Assembly: GCA_963837175.1 (NCBI GenBank) | Contig: CAWIMJ010000048.1 | Coordinates: 1-38,743 of the forward strand | Length of the DNA: 38,743 nucleotides | Reading direction: 5' to 3' | Origin: an uncultured Nitrososphaeraceae archaeon | GTDB lineage: Archaea > Thermoproteota > Nitrososphaeria > Nitrososphaerales > Nitrososphaeraceae | In this document: in pieces, positions 29,065 to 38,367 of the stretch | Position numbering within the stretch: position 1 is the stretch's first letter | Layout of the letters: every line of letters starts with the position of its first letter | Translations under genes and position numbers: made by a program | Notes under the pieces: model-generated | Seen by the model: only the letters and a program-made list of their open reading frames with translations | Told to the model about the DNA's origin: nothing | Database searches by the model: none

Positions 29065-30147
29065 TTATTTAATTGTCTCTTTTCCTTTTTCTGCTAGTAT
29101 GTCATTCAACAGTTTCAAGTCATATATTCCTGATAAATCAGGTCGTGTTTTTCCTAAAAATCCAATATCAAATGCGCTGTTAGCTGACTGAAAGAGTGAT
29201 TCTTTTATAGGATTAGATGTTAGCTCCATTCTTGATAATGCTGAATGTAGTTCATCCTCTGGTATAGTCTTGCCTGTAATCTTTGCAAGTTGAGTATTGA
29301 ATGCTTTTATTGCTTCTTCTTTATGGCTGTTGATCCATTCTGTTTCATCTACATGTGCTGCCAACAATTTCTTTATCACATCGGGATTGTTTTGAAGATA
29401 ATCTGTCCTAGCAACTATGTTTGATGTTACAAACTGTCCGTTTGGTGGCCAAAGATCTCTTTCATCTAAAAATAGTCTCGCATTTGCTTCTTTTATTAAC
29501 CGTGCACCCCAAGGCTCTGGTACCCATGCACCATCAATCTCTTTCTTTAACATCAGAGTCAGTATATCAGCAGGTTTTGCAGGTACTACTTCTACATTTC
29601 CTCCGTTCTCTTTTGTTTTGTATCCATTATTTAGTAAGTATTTTCTAAGAGCTACATCCTGAGTATTACCAAGCTGTGGAGAAGCAAATTTTTTATTTGC
29701 AAAATCTTTGGTTGATTGTATTCCTGAATCATTTCTAACTACGAAAACTGCTCCTCCACTTGATGCACCAGAAATTATTCTAAGATCTTTTCCTTGTGAA
29801 ACAACATATGCATTGATTGCAGGATTGGGACCAACATATGTTACGTCAATTTGCTTTGCGAATAATGCCTCCATTGCTGATGGACCTGCGTTGAAAACAA
29901 ATGTCTTGACCTCAACATTGTCGCCTAAATCTTTCTGAAATGTACCATTCCCCAAACCTATTACTGCCTGTGCGTGATTGATATTTGGAAAATAGCCAAT
30001 TCTAAGAATTTGTGAAGAGCTGCTATTTTGAGTACTTTCATTAACACTTTCTACAAATAGCGAGGATGAATCAGAATAAAATATAGATGATAATATAACT
30101 GCAACAATTATTCCAGATGATATTACTAACTTTCCTTTTGCATTCAT
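29065..30147 (-). CDS. ABC transporter substrate-binding protein, SsuA/NMT1 (aliphatic sulfonate-type), copy 1
   Basis: N-terminal anchor; LRIGYFPNINHAQA, FNAGPSAMEAL, YVGPNPAINAY, ASPQLGNTQD, AWVPEPWG. Confidence 0.88.
   Translation of the reverse strand: MNAKGKLVISSGIIVAVILSSIFYSDSSSLFVESVNESTQNSSSSQILRIGYFPNINHAQAVIGLGNGTFQKDLGDNVEVKTFVFNAGPSAMEALFAKQIDVTYVGPNPAINAYVVSQGKDLRIISGASSGGAVFVVRNDSGIQSTKDFANKKFASPQLGNTQDVALRKYLLNNGYKTKENGGNVEVVPAKPADILTLMLKKEIDGAWVPEPWGARLIKEANARLFLDERDLWPPNGQFVTSNIVARTDYLQNNPDVIKKLLAAHVDETEWINSHKEEAIKAFNTQLAKITGKTIPEDELHSALSRMELTSNPIKESLFQSANSAFDIGFLGKTRPDLSGIYDLKLLNDILAEKGKETIK
29111..29200 (-). repeat. 90-bp inverted repeat, left arm (partner 36716-36805)
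   Basis: ATCACTCTTTCAGTCAGC...GACTTGAAACT shared, with one mismatch (KTR vs KIR). Confidence 0.9.
29296..30000 (-). repeat. 705-bp inverted repeat, left arm (partner 35916-36620)
   Basis: Reverse complement matches from ATTGGCTATTTTCC to GCATTCAAT. The only difference I found is GTA/ATA (QDV vs QDI); shadow ORFs are also the same in both copies. Confidence 0.92.
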
Positions 30148-30185
30148 CTATCATAAAAAAAGTAGGCCATACATATTACCGCTTA

Positions 30186-30230
30186 CAAATATGCAGATTA
30201 GAAATATTATACGCAATATTATCATATATA
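30186..30230 (-). promoter_or_regulatory. Conserved upstream element of SsuA-like copy 1
   Basis: Minus strand TATATATGATA-ATA-TTGCGTATA-N12-TGCATATTTG, ending 38 nt before ATG; mirrors 35679-35725. Confidence 0.55.
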
Positions 30231-30699
30231 GCCTCATACTTATGTATTTATTGTCAGGCTACAAATACCCAGAATAAGGTTAACAGCATTGTAAAGAACC
30301 CATTTGGTCATTTAGTGTAAAGTATCAGTGGTTGTTTTGAAGTCAAGATTTTAACTTGATAATATTGCTGATCGTATAGAAAATAGATGAAATTTATGGA
30401 CTTTCAGTTTTAGTTAAGTGATCATCACAACTTTCCTGCAGTATATGAATGCAATCACCTCCTCTCCACAGGTTCTATACATAGCATTATTTGTATATCG
30501 TCATATTGCTTTTAAGATATAAGTATCATAATAATATCCTTGAGTAGCATTTCTGAGTATTTTATAGATGGAAAATACATCCTATATACACACACATGTA
30601 TCATGCTAGAAGTATTTGACATCTATTCATTCTTGACAGCATAAACCATAAATAAGAAATTACACTCTGAAGGTTCATCATAGAGGATGATGCCTGTTT

Positions 30700-31559
30700 A
30701 TGAATCAAGACTCAGACTGCTACAGGAACGGTAGTTTCCTTATGGCGATATCCCGTGAAATCAATGCTAGGAGAGGAGCTCAATTCTTCGTACGTAACTG
30801 AACGCGGACTCGTAGGAGATTGTGCGTACTCACTAATCGATCAGAAAACTGGCAAGATAGCTAGTGCCAAGAACCCTCGGAAATGGGGAAAGCTCTTTGA
30901 CTTTCGTGCTGCATTTATAGACACACCATAAGTAGTCGAGAACATTCCACCCGTCCGTATTACATTTCCGGATGGCACCCAGATTTTCTCCTCTGATCAG
31001 GATGATATTGATTACACCTTTGTCAAAGGTTCTTGGTCGAGAGGTTAGGCTAATGAGGGCTATTAGTTTGGAGAAGCCAAGCTATGAGGAGTACTGGCCG
31101 GATATGGAGGGCCTAGCACAAAGAGAGAAGGTCACAGATGTAGCTATGCCTTCCCAGACTTTTTTTGATATTGCTGTAATCCATATCTTGACTACTTCTA
31201 CAATCAACCGTCTGCGAGAACTCTATCCAGAAGGACGTTTTGAGGTCCGACGTTTTAGACCAAACATAGTGATAGAGTCAGCATCATCATCTTCTGGAGG
31301 AGAAGAGAAGGACTTTATTGAGAATTTATGGATAGGCAAGAAGCTAACGATAGGAGAAGATATTGTGCTGAGGGTCACTGGACCTTGCATGAGATGTATG
31401 ATGACGACTCTACCACAAGGATACCTTCCCAAAGATTTAGGTATCTTGCGCACGACCGCAACGTACAACCATGTGAATGCTGGAGTCTATGCATCGGTAT
31501 TGGATGGTGGGGACAGCGGAACAATTCGTCGCGGAGACCTAATCCGACTCGCAGTGTAG
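30700..31559 (+). pseudogene. MOSC domain protein (mARC/YcbX-like) pseudogene
   Basis: The N-terminal barrel SLWRYPVKSMLGEEL...GLVGDCAY lies upstream of the listed ORF. In-frame TAA at 30929-30931, frameshift at ~31020 and probably near 30708. The C-terminal RRFRPNIVI and GPCMRCMMTT are intact. Confidence 0.85.
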
Positions 31560-31799
31560 ATGTAATCATATAGGCTCTTTTGTACAATTCTGTTTGACGT
31601 CTCTCTCCTTGGCATCTGACCAAAGTGGTTGACTTCAGTGTCTTTTGGATGTACTGCTGACTGAAATCCCAAATCAGAACCTATCCAGGAGGAAACAAAA
31701 TGCAGATCAATCAGATAACAGGGATAGTGTTAAACTGAATTAACCAACAACCCTCCAAGTTGTGATATACTTAAATATAATATCATTAAGCAATCTTCG

Positions 31800-32876
31800 A
31801 TGAGTAGTAGGACAAACTCCATAGTACATTCATCACGCTCTACAGAAATCGTCGTTTTCATTGTTATTGCATCTAGCATATCTCTAATTGAAATTGGTTC
31901 AAATCAGTCTCAGATTGCAATGGCACAACAACAGCAGCAACAATCACAAGTTAACCAAACATCTTTTGTTCTAAAACAACAGCAGCCTAATTTGCTAGGT
32001 GCATCTTTTGACATCGATAACATGACTTTTTCCCATCATATGGCTTCTGTTAATGGAATTCAATTGCATTATGTAATAGGCGGTCAAGGAGATCCTTTAG
32101 TACTATTACATGGATTTCCACAATCATGGTATGAATGGAGACTTATTATGCCGAAATTGGCCAAGAATTACACTGTAATCGCACCTGATCTTCGAGGATT
32201 TGGTGATTCTTCAAAGCCAATTACAGGTTACGACGGTAAGACTACTGCAGAAGATATCTATCAACTGACATCTCAATTAGGTTTTAATCAAATTTTGTTG
32301 GTAGCACATGACGTAGGCTCACAGACAGCTTATTCATATGCTGCAGCTCATCCTGACAATGTAAGTAAATTAGTGATCATGGATTTTCCATTCCCAGGAT
32401 TTTTACCTCCAGAATTTGGCGAGAATGGACCTTGGTGGTTTGCTTTTCATCAAGTGCCTAACTTACCAGAATTTCTTGTAGAAGGTAAGGAGCGGGAATA
32501 TATATCATGGTTCTTCAAAGGATTGGCTTATAATCCATCTGCAATTACAGAAGAAGATATAGATGTATTTGCAAGTCATGTTTCAGCTCCTGGTGGAATG
32601 CGTGCAGCATTTGAACATTTTAGAGCTTTCCCAATAGATGCAGAGCAAAATAAAGAATCAGCTAAGGCTAAGATAACAATGCCTGTATTAGCATTAGGTG
32701 GTGATATTTATCCAGCATTAGGTGGTGATCTTCCTGGAAACTTTGCGTTAAGCTCGTTACAATCATTAGCTACAAATGTAAAGGGAGTCACGGTTCCTCT
32801 TTCAGGACATTGGATTCCAGAAGAGCAGCCAGATTTTGTCATTGAGCAGCTCGCAGCGTTCTTTAGCGAAAGATAA
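31800..32876 (+). CDS. Alpha/beta hydrolase, epoxide hydrolase/dehalogenase-like, with N-terminal hydrophobic segment and poly-Q
   Basis: LLHGFPQSWYEW, APDLRGFGDS, nucleophile AHDVGS, SGHWIPEEQP. Confidence 0.9.
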   Translation: MSSRTNSIVHSSRSTEIVVFIVIASSISLIEIGSNQSQIAMAQQQQQQSQVNQTSFVLKQQQPNLLGASFDIDNMTFSHHMASVNGIQLHYVIGGQGDPLVLLHGFPQSWYEWRLIMPKLAKNYTVIAPDLRGFGDSSKPITGYDGKTTAEDIYQLTSQLGFNQILLVAHDVGSQTAYSYAAAHPDNVSKLVIMDFPFPGFLPPEFGENGPWWFAFHQVPNLPEFLVEGKEREYISWFFKGLAYNPSAITEEDIDVFASHVSAPGGMRAAFEHFRAFPIDAEQNKESAKAKITMPVLALGGDIYPALGGDLPGNFALSSLQSLATNVKGVTVPLSGHWIPEEQPDFVIEQLAAFFSER

Positions 32877-33078
32877 TAGCAGTAGTAAGAAAACACTATC
32901 TTTGAAATCATCCAAGAATAACTCAACCCAATCTAAATGTGCGCACCGATCCGACGATCCTAGTAAAGGTATTTCTGGAGACTGTTTGATTCATATGATA
33001 CTGAACTTCCGCTAAAGATAAAGACGTAGTCAATTAAAAAACCTAAATCTAAAATCATGCTATTCTCTAAATCCACAC

Positions 33079-33542
33079 ATGGTAATACCTTCTGAATACT
33101 TTCAGATTATTACCGCTGGAATATACGCAATAGCATTATTTTATACTATCGTAACATTTCGGCGTACGAAAAGACTAGATCAGATTACATTGTCAAATAA
33201 TATTTTCAATGATCTAGAGATTTGGATCGCGAGCTCGCTAAATTACCTTTAGGATCTCAATATGACTATGCTAGGAGTCAATGGTATTCTCGCACATTTA
33301 ATAGTGTGAACTGGCTTTCATTTATAGTCAATGAAAAAGTGATTAGTGATACGAAGATGATAGAACACATCTAACCTACTATAGTCAGATATTACGAAGA
33401 CACATTCCTGAAAATTGCATAAGTAGATGAAAGAGATTCCAAGTCTTATCAAGAATTTAAAAAACTTTATCGAACAATCAAGAAGAAAAAACAAAAGAAA
33501 AAATTGTATAGGTTTAGACTTCAGCTGAATAAATATCAATGA
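33079..33542 (+). pseudogene. Decayed membrane-anchored hypothetical protein
   Basis: MVIPSEYFQIITAGIYAIALFYTIVTFRRTKRLDQITLSNNIFNDL / RDLDRELAKLP...WYSRTFNSVNWLSFIVNEK...*...YYEDTF..*...YQEFKKLY; one frameshift and two stops. Confidence 0.6.
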
Positions 33543-33579
33543 ATACGATTAATAAAATCTTGTAAAATAGTATCTGTCA

Positions 33580-33975
33580 CTATGGGTTTGAGTATTTTTT
33601 AGTAGCCACAGGTGCTAATTCCCTATTAATGAATTCCTCAAAGGCAGCATCAAATCATTTCTCTGCATCTATAGTTTTCCAAATTTCTGCTATCATGCCT
33701 TATTTAAAGGGGCTTTTAATCCGCCGTAACCATCCATTCAATTCATTAATACCTACAACCCCTCTTTGACGCATATGGAAAACATGTGCAAATGTGTATA
33801 GGATATGATAAGCAAATGATATATCTGGTGAAGAATAGTTTGCTGGAATATTGCTTATTACTTTAATTAATTAGTTCTGGTCGCTCAATCATAGTCTGGG
33901 TAAGTCAATGTATTCTTTCATCCAACTTATTGAGAATCTTTGTTTGTATATCTATGGATAGGGTCTGCATTTGTT
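33580..33975 (-). pseudogene. Decayed hypothetical protein, convergent with 33079-33542
   Basis: Minus strand QMQTLSIDIQTKILNKLDERIH*LTQTMIERPELI / KVISN...FAYHILYTFAHVFHMRQRGVV..NELNGWLRRIKSPFK*GMIAEIWKTIDAEK*FDAAFEEFINREL is protein-like with stops. Ends are approximate. Confidence 0.55.
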
Positions 33976-34255
33976 TCCTCCATTCCTACACCAGATGGTC
34001 GGCTCTTGTATGTGGTGATGATAATGATTTTCTCGGTAGGAGACCGACTAATAGTGACGGTGAGTATGATTTTATCTTGCATGATAATAAATACAAAGAA
34101 AAGTTATGGTAGTCCACGTTTGGGAACTTTTTGTGCTATGCATGAATGAATTAACAAGTAGTTAAAAAAGTAGCAAAAGCTATGACGCCAAGACCTAAAT
34201 TCCAAATCTTGAATTCTGGATATTTATTCAGGACATTTACAACGTTCAGTGTGTG

Positions 34256-34522
34256 TTAAAGAAATGTCTGATCCACAAAACACCATCTCCAATTTTCATT
34301 AGGTTCAAAAGATTGTACAATCGGGTGTTTTGTTGAATGGAAATGTTTAGTCGCATGTTTATTCTTTGACGAGTCACAACATCCTACATGGCCACAAATA
34401 AGACAAAGACGCAAATGAACCCAAGAATCACCAATTTTAAGACAATCCTCACAACCATCTGCACTAGGCTTTACGTGTTCTTGAATTAATTTAAGATGTT
34501 TACATCCTGAATCTGACATCAT
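34256..34522 (-). CDS. Stand-alone UBP-type zinc finger protein
   Basis: CKHL...GCEDCLKIGDSWVHLRLCLICGHVGCCDSSKNKHATKHF...WRWCFVD. Confidence 0.93.
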   Translation of the reverse strand: MMSDSGCKHLKLIQEHVKPSADGCEDCLKIGDSWVHLRLCLICGHVGCCDSSKNKHATKHFHSTKHPIVQSFEPNENWRWCFVDQTFL

Positions 34523-34624
34523 ACTATTTTATGAGTGTGTCTCTAATAAGCTAGTACTCTAAAACCTAATACCTATACTTCATGACATTACACGTATCTA
34601 TTGTGGTGTCATAAATTAATGCAA

Positions 34625-35611
34625 TTAAATCCAGTCTGATTGAATAGGATAATAAATTCTCCTCCTAGCATCTTCGAGACTGCTTTTTTCTGTTATCAAT
34701 CCTTGTTCTTTAAGTTCGTCTACAGCACTTTGAACAGTTCGTCTAGGCAGACGAGTTAGCCGCATCAACTCTGCTTGTTCTATAGGATGTTTTGTCTTTA
34801 TTATATAATAAATGAATTTTGAAGCAGGTCCACCTTCTGGTTCCTTGTGAAGGATCGATACACCAAAGGAAGCTTTAGATAAAAATCCTCTTCGCTGGGA
34901 TTCCACAGATGCAACAATATCATGACGAACCTCAGCTAAATTCACCCGCTGACCAAATTCTGCTATTAAAGCAGATTGCTGAGTCTCCAGAGGTGCTTCA
35001 AAAATAAATCTATTTGGTGGATATTTTGAAGTAAGCGCTGCTACAAAATTCCATTTTATTAATCCTTTTTCATCATAAATACCGACATTGATTCCTTCAT
35101 TAGCTTCAAGTATTACCTTGTCAGTACCTATGGTTAGTGCTTCTTCAACTTTTGACAGTGTTTTATCTATTCCAATCTGATGACGAGGATCCTTTTTGCC
35201 TATTTTCCAATGAGAATCAAGATTTGTAGATAGTATAGTATCAGTAATCTTTTTCTTTTGTTCTATATTTAGATCAATATTATTTTCGCCAATTTCTATT
35301 ATATCAAATCCAACTTTAGCAGCTTCTCTAACAAATTTCTCAAGAGTGCTTTCCGTAATAGCGTATTCTGTAATAGTACTTCCAGTCGATACCAAAATAT
35401 TAAAATCATGATAAAATTTTATTCTCCTCTCTAGCTGAGATTCAGACATTAATAATGGATACGCACCATAAATCTTTACCACGTCTATCAACGGTGCTAA
35501 TATTTCGAGATTTTCTCTATCTAGCCCTTGCATTTTATCTACTATAAAGGTTAAACCTTCTTTTCGAGGTTTTTTTTTATCTATTCTATTTATGGCTAGG
35601 TCGTCAAGCAA
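34625..35611 (-). CDS. comA: Phosphosulfolactate synthase (ComA-like) fused to a C-terminal winged HTH
   Basis: KKPRKEGLTFIVDK, IDVVK, STGSTITE, GFDIIEIGE, VILEANE, IFEAP...Q...I.EFG..VNLAEV......VESQRRG. Tail QAELMRLTRLPRRTVQSAVDELKEQGLI...DARRRIY. Confidence 0.85.
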   Translation of the reverse strand: MLDDLAINRIDKKKPRKEGLTFIVDKMQGLDRENLEILAPLIDVVKIYGAYPLLMSESQLERRIKFYHDFNILVSTGSTITEYAITESTLEKFVREAAKVGFDIIEIGENNIDLNIEQKKKITDTILSTNLDSHWKIGKKDPRHQIGIDKTLSKVEEALTIGTDKVILEANEGINVGIYDEKGLIKWNFVAALTSKYPPNRFIFEAPLETQQSALIAEFGQRVNLAEVRHDIVASVESQRRGFLSKASFGVSILHKEPEGGPASKFIYYIIKTKHPIEQAELMRLTRLPRRTVQSAVDELKEQGLITEKSSLEDARRRIYYPIQSDWI

Positions 35612-35678
35612 TTGATAATATGTGTTAAAATGACATATATTGAACTTGCGATACTAGCAAAGCGTGCTAAATATATAT

Positions 35679-35725
35679 TATTTATGATAGTTTTTTGCGC
35701 ATATTGTTCAGGGTTTGCATATTTG
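35679..35725 (+). promoter_or_regulatory. Conserved upstream element of SsuA-like copy 2 (divergent comA/ssuA promoter)
   Basis: TATTTATGATA-GTTTT-TTGCGCATA-N12-TGCATATTTG, ending 40 nt before ATG; mirrors 30186-30230. Confidence 0.55.
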
Positions 35726-35765
35726 AAAGCAGTCATATACACTGATATTAAATTATTATCGTCAT

Positions 35766-36890
35766 ATGCATATAAAAACAATATCTGCTATAACTGCTGC
35801 CGCAATTATTCTTGTAGCAGCAATTGTTATACCTACTACTACACCAGCATTTTCGCAAACTAATAACTCTAGTATTAGTGGAGAAAAAGGCAGTGTAGTA
35901 AAGAAAACTTTGAAGATTGGCTATTTTCCAAATATCAATCACGCACAGGCAGTAATAGGTTTGGGGAATGGTACATTTCAGAAAGATTTAGGCGACAATG
36001 TTGAGGTCAAGACATTTGTTTTCAACGCAGGTCCATCAGCAATGGAGGCATTATTCGCAAAGCAAATTGACGTAACATATGTTGGTCCCAATCCTGCAAT
36101 CAATGCATATGTTGTTTCACAAGGAAAAGATCTTAGAATAATTTCTGGTGCATCAAGTGGAGGAGCAGTTTTCGTAGTTAGAAATGATTCAGGAATACAA
36201 TCAACCAAAGATTTTGCAAATAAAAAATTTGCTTCTCCACAGCTTGGTAATACTCAGGATATAGCTCTTAGAAAATACTTACTAAATAATGGATACAAAA
36301 CAAAAGAGAACGGAGGAAATGTAGAAGTAGTACCTGCAAAACCTGCTGATATACTGACTCTGATGTTAAAGAAAGAGATTGATGGTGCATGGGTACCAGA
36401 GCCTTGGGGTGCACGGTTAATAAAAGAAGCAAATGCGAGACTATTTTTAGATGAAAGAGATCTTTGGCCACCAAACGGACAGTTTGTAACATCAAACATA
36501 GTTGCTAGGACAGATTATCTTCAAAACAATCCCGATGTGATAAAGAAATTGTTGGCAGCACATGTAGATGAAACAGAATGGATCAACAGCCATAAAGAAG
36601 AAGCAATAAAAGCATTCAATGTCGAGCTCAAAAAACTTACCGGTCAGGCAATTCCTGAGGATCAGTTAAGAGAATCTTTAGCAAGATTAGAATTAACATA
36701 TGACCCTATTAAATTATCACTCTTTCAGTCAGCTAACAGCGCATTTGATATTGGATTTTTAGGAAAAATACGACCTGATTTATCAGGAATATATGACTTG
36801 AAACTATTAGACGAAGTATTATCCGAAAAAGGATTACCTACAATTGGTGGAGGAGGACAAGAACAAACAGGTATTGATAGTGTTCTTTAA
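35766..36890 (+). CDS. ABC transporter substrate-binding protein, SsuA/NMT1 type, copy 2
   Basis: Same core as 29065-30147, but a different signal peptide, a different ~32-aa internal segment and a different C-terminus. Confidence 0.88.
   Translation: MHIKTISAITAAAIILVAAIVIPTTTPAFSQTNNSSISGEKGSVVKKTLKIGYFPNINHAQAVIGLGNGTFQKDLGDNVEVKTFVFNAGPSAMEALFAKQIDVTYVGPNPAINAYVVSQGKDLRIISGASSGGAVFVVRNDSGIQSTKDFANKKFASPQLGNTQDIALRKYLLNNGYKTKENGGNVEVVPAKPADILTLMLKKEIDGAWVPEPWGARLIKEANARLFLDERDLWPPNGQFVTSNIVARTDYLQNNPDVIKKLLAAHVDETEWINSHKEEAIKAFNVELKKLTGQAIPEDQLRESLARLELTYDPIKLSLFQSANSAFDIGFLGKIRPDLSGIYDLKLLDEVLSEKGLPTIGGGGQEQTGIDSVL
35916..36620 (+). repeat. 705-bp inverted repeat, right arm
   Basis: Reverse complement of 29296-30000. 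Confidence 0.92.
36716..36805 (+). repeat. 90-bp inverted repeat, right arm
   Basis: Reverse complement of 29111-29200. Confidence 0.9.
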
Positions 36891-38025
36891 CAATTAATGA
36901 CGATTGGGAACATAATAGAGGATGCAGCATAGAAAAACATGAATATACTAATTCAGTGTTTAGAGCAACTCTGTTTACCATCCCAGACCATTTATTTATG
37001 TTCACTTATTAGCTGCGTAAATCAATTTTATAATCACCAAACAAGAAATTACATGGTTTTCCCTTATTTGCATCTTTTGACTTAGCTTATATTGTAAATC
37101 CGATATACATATCAATATGTCTGAGTTTAAGCATAATCAAGTAGAAAGGTTACATCTGACTATGCAAAGTTTGGTAGATTAATAGGGTAGGCAGAGAATC
37201 ACATAAAAGATTATAAGGTAAGAGGTAATGATCCAGAAGCGTTTTATTTGAGTAGTAAAAAGAAATTAATGAACTGCTTAACATGATTGTGCTGAGTAGA
37301 TAAATATATGAGGAATTATTGGAGTTCAGATGCCAGCAATGGTGCAATGTTAATAGTCTAGAGATTTCAACAATTAGTTTGCAGCATTACATTCTGGGTA
37401 TTCAAGTATTATATCTATAAGAATTAAAGATTGACGAACGAAGGAAGAAACAAATGGCTGGAAGAAGTTTGGCCAATTATCAAAGACCTTCCAACTTATT
37501 CCAAAGGAATTTCAAGGCCGCAGAACCAATAATAATATCAGATGGGTCTTTCTCGAATAGGTAAAGAAATCCTTAGCAACAAAGATTATTGGTCGATGTT
37601 AGAAGCCAAAAAGAATTTACCGGAGAAATCTTTACTTCACCGGAATATGCGACATAATATTCTCATATTGGATGACATATTCAAGAGCAGAAAAAGCATA
37701 ATTTGAGGACAAGCCATCATCTTTGATGGGCACATTAAACCAAAGAGGAGATGGAAGATCAATCTAGACCAACAACTCATAGAAATGAAGTCATCGCATA
37801 CTGCAGAATAAATAAAGTCTTCACGTACCTAGTTTATTCTAAAATATTTATTTGAAACACACACATAAAGAATTATGGCGGCTCTTGGTCAAAATATGGA
37901 AAAATAGTTGCTAATACTATAGAAAAATAAAATAAAATATATCTTTAAATTTGTTTGATCAGACTCCTTTGTCTTTGATACAACTAATATTATTAATCAT
38001 CATCTACTCTCTTTATCTTTTATCT

Positions 38026-38367
38026 TTATCTTTTGAGGAATTGTAGCATCACTCCATAATTCTGATCGTGATCAAATTTGTAACGTTCATTATTTGCAAT
38101 TGGTAATGATTCTATTTTACCATTTTTGCAAATTAGACATTTAATTAAGTCGACTGTCTTTACGTTGCTTGATAAACCAATATAAGATGCACACCAAAAA
38201 CAAGACTGACATAATAAGAATTGTATTTGTGTTATAACATTTTGAACGTTTAGTCTTGTTGTAGCATCACTCCTTCTTCTTTCATTCTGTTCTTCTACAG
38301 TCATTATCGTTTTTCTTATTTGTTCTTTGTCTTCTACTGATGGTGGTAGTGCTTCTATGACAGACAT
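38026..38367 (-). CDS. Small zinc-ribbon-like hypothetical protein
   Basis: FLLCQSCFWCASY ... KCLICKNGKIESLPI: two CxxC pairs. Confidence 0.7.
   Translation of the reverse strand: MSVIEALPPSVEDKEQIRKTIMTVEEQNERRRSDATTRLNVQNVITQIQFLLCQSCFWCASYIGLSSNVKTVDLIKCLICKNGKIESLPIANNERYKFDHDQNYGVMLQFLKR

Noticed and set aside
29417-36499. Identical small ORFs in two places (29417/36254, 29421/36268, 29708/35978) suggesting a duplicated mini-operon
   Set aside because: They are antisense shadows of the duplicated SsuA-like sequence.
29065-36890. Composite transposon interpretation of the long inverted repeats
   Set aside because: The arms are internal parts of binding-protein genes, with no transposase, terminal repeats or target duplication.
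37116-37710. Broken + strand frames (WLEEVWPIIKDLPTY; GKEILSNKDYWSMLEAKKNLPEKSLLHRNMRHNILILDDIFKSRKA)
   Set aside because: Likely a pseudogene, but too degraded for me to assign.
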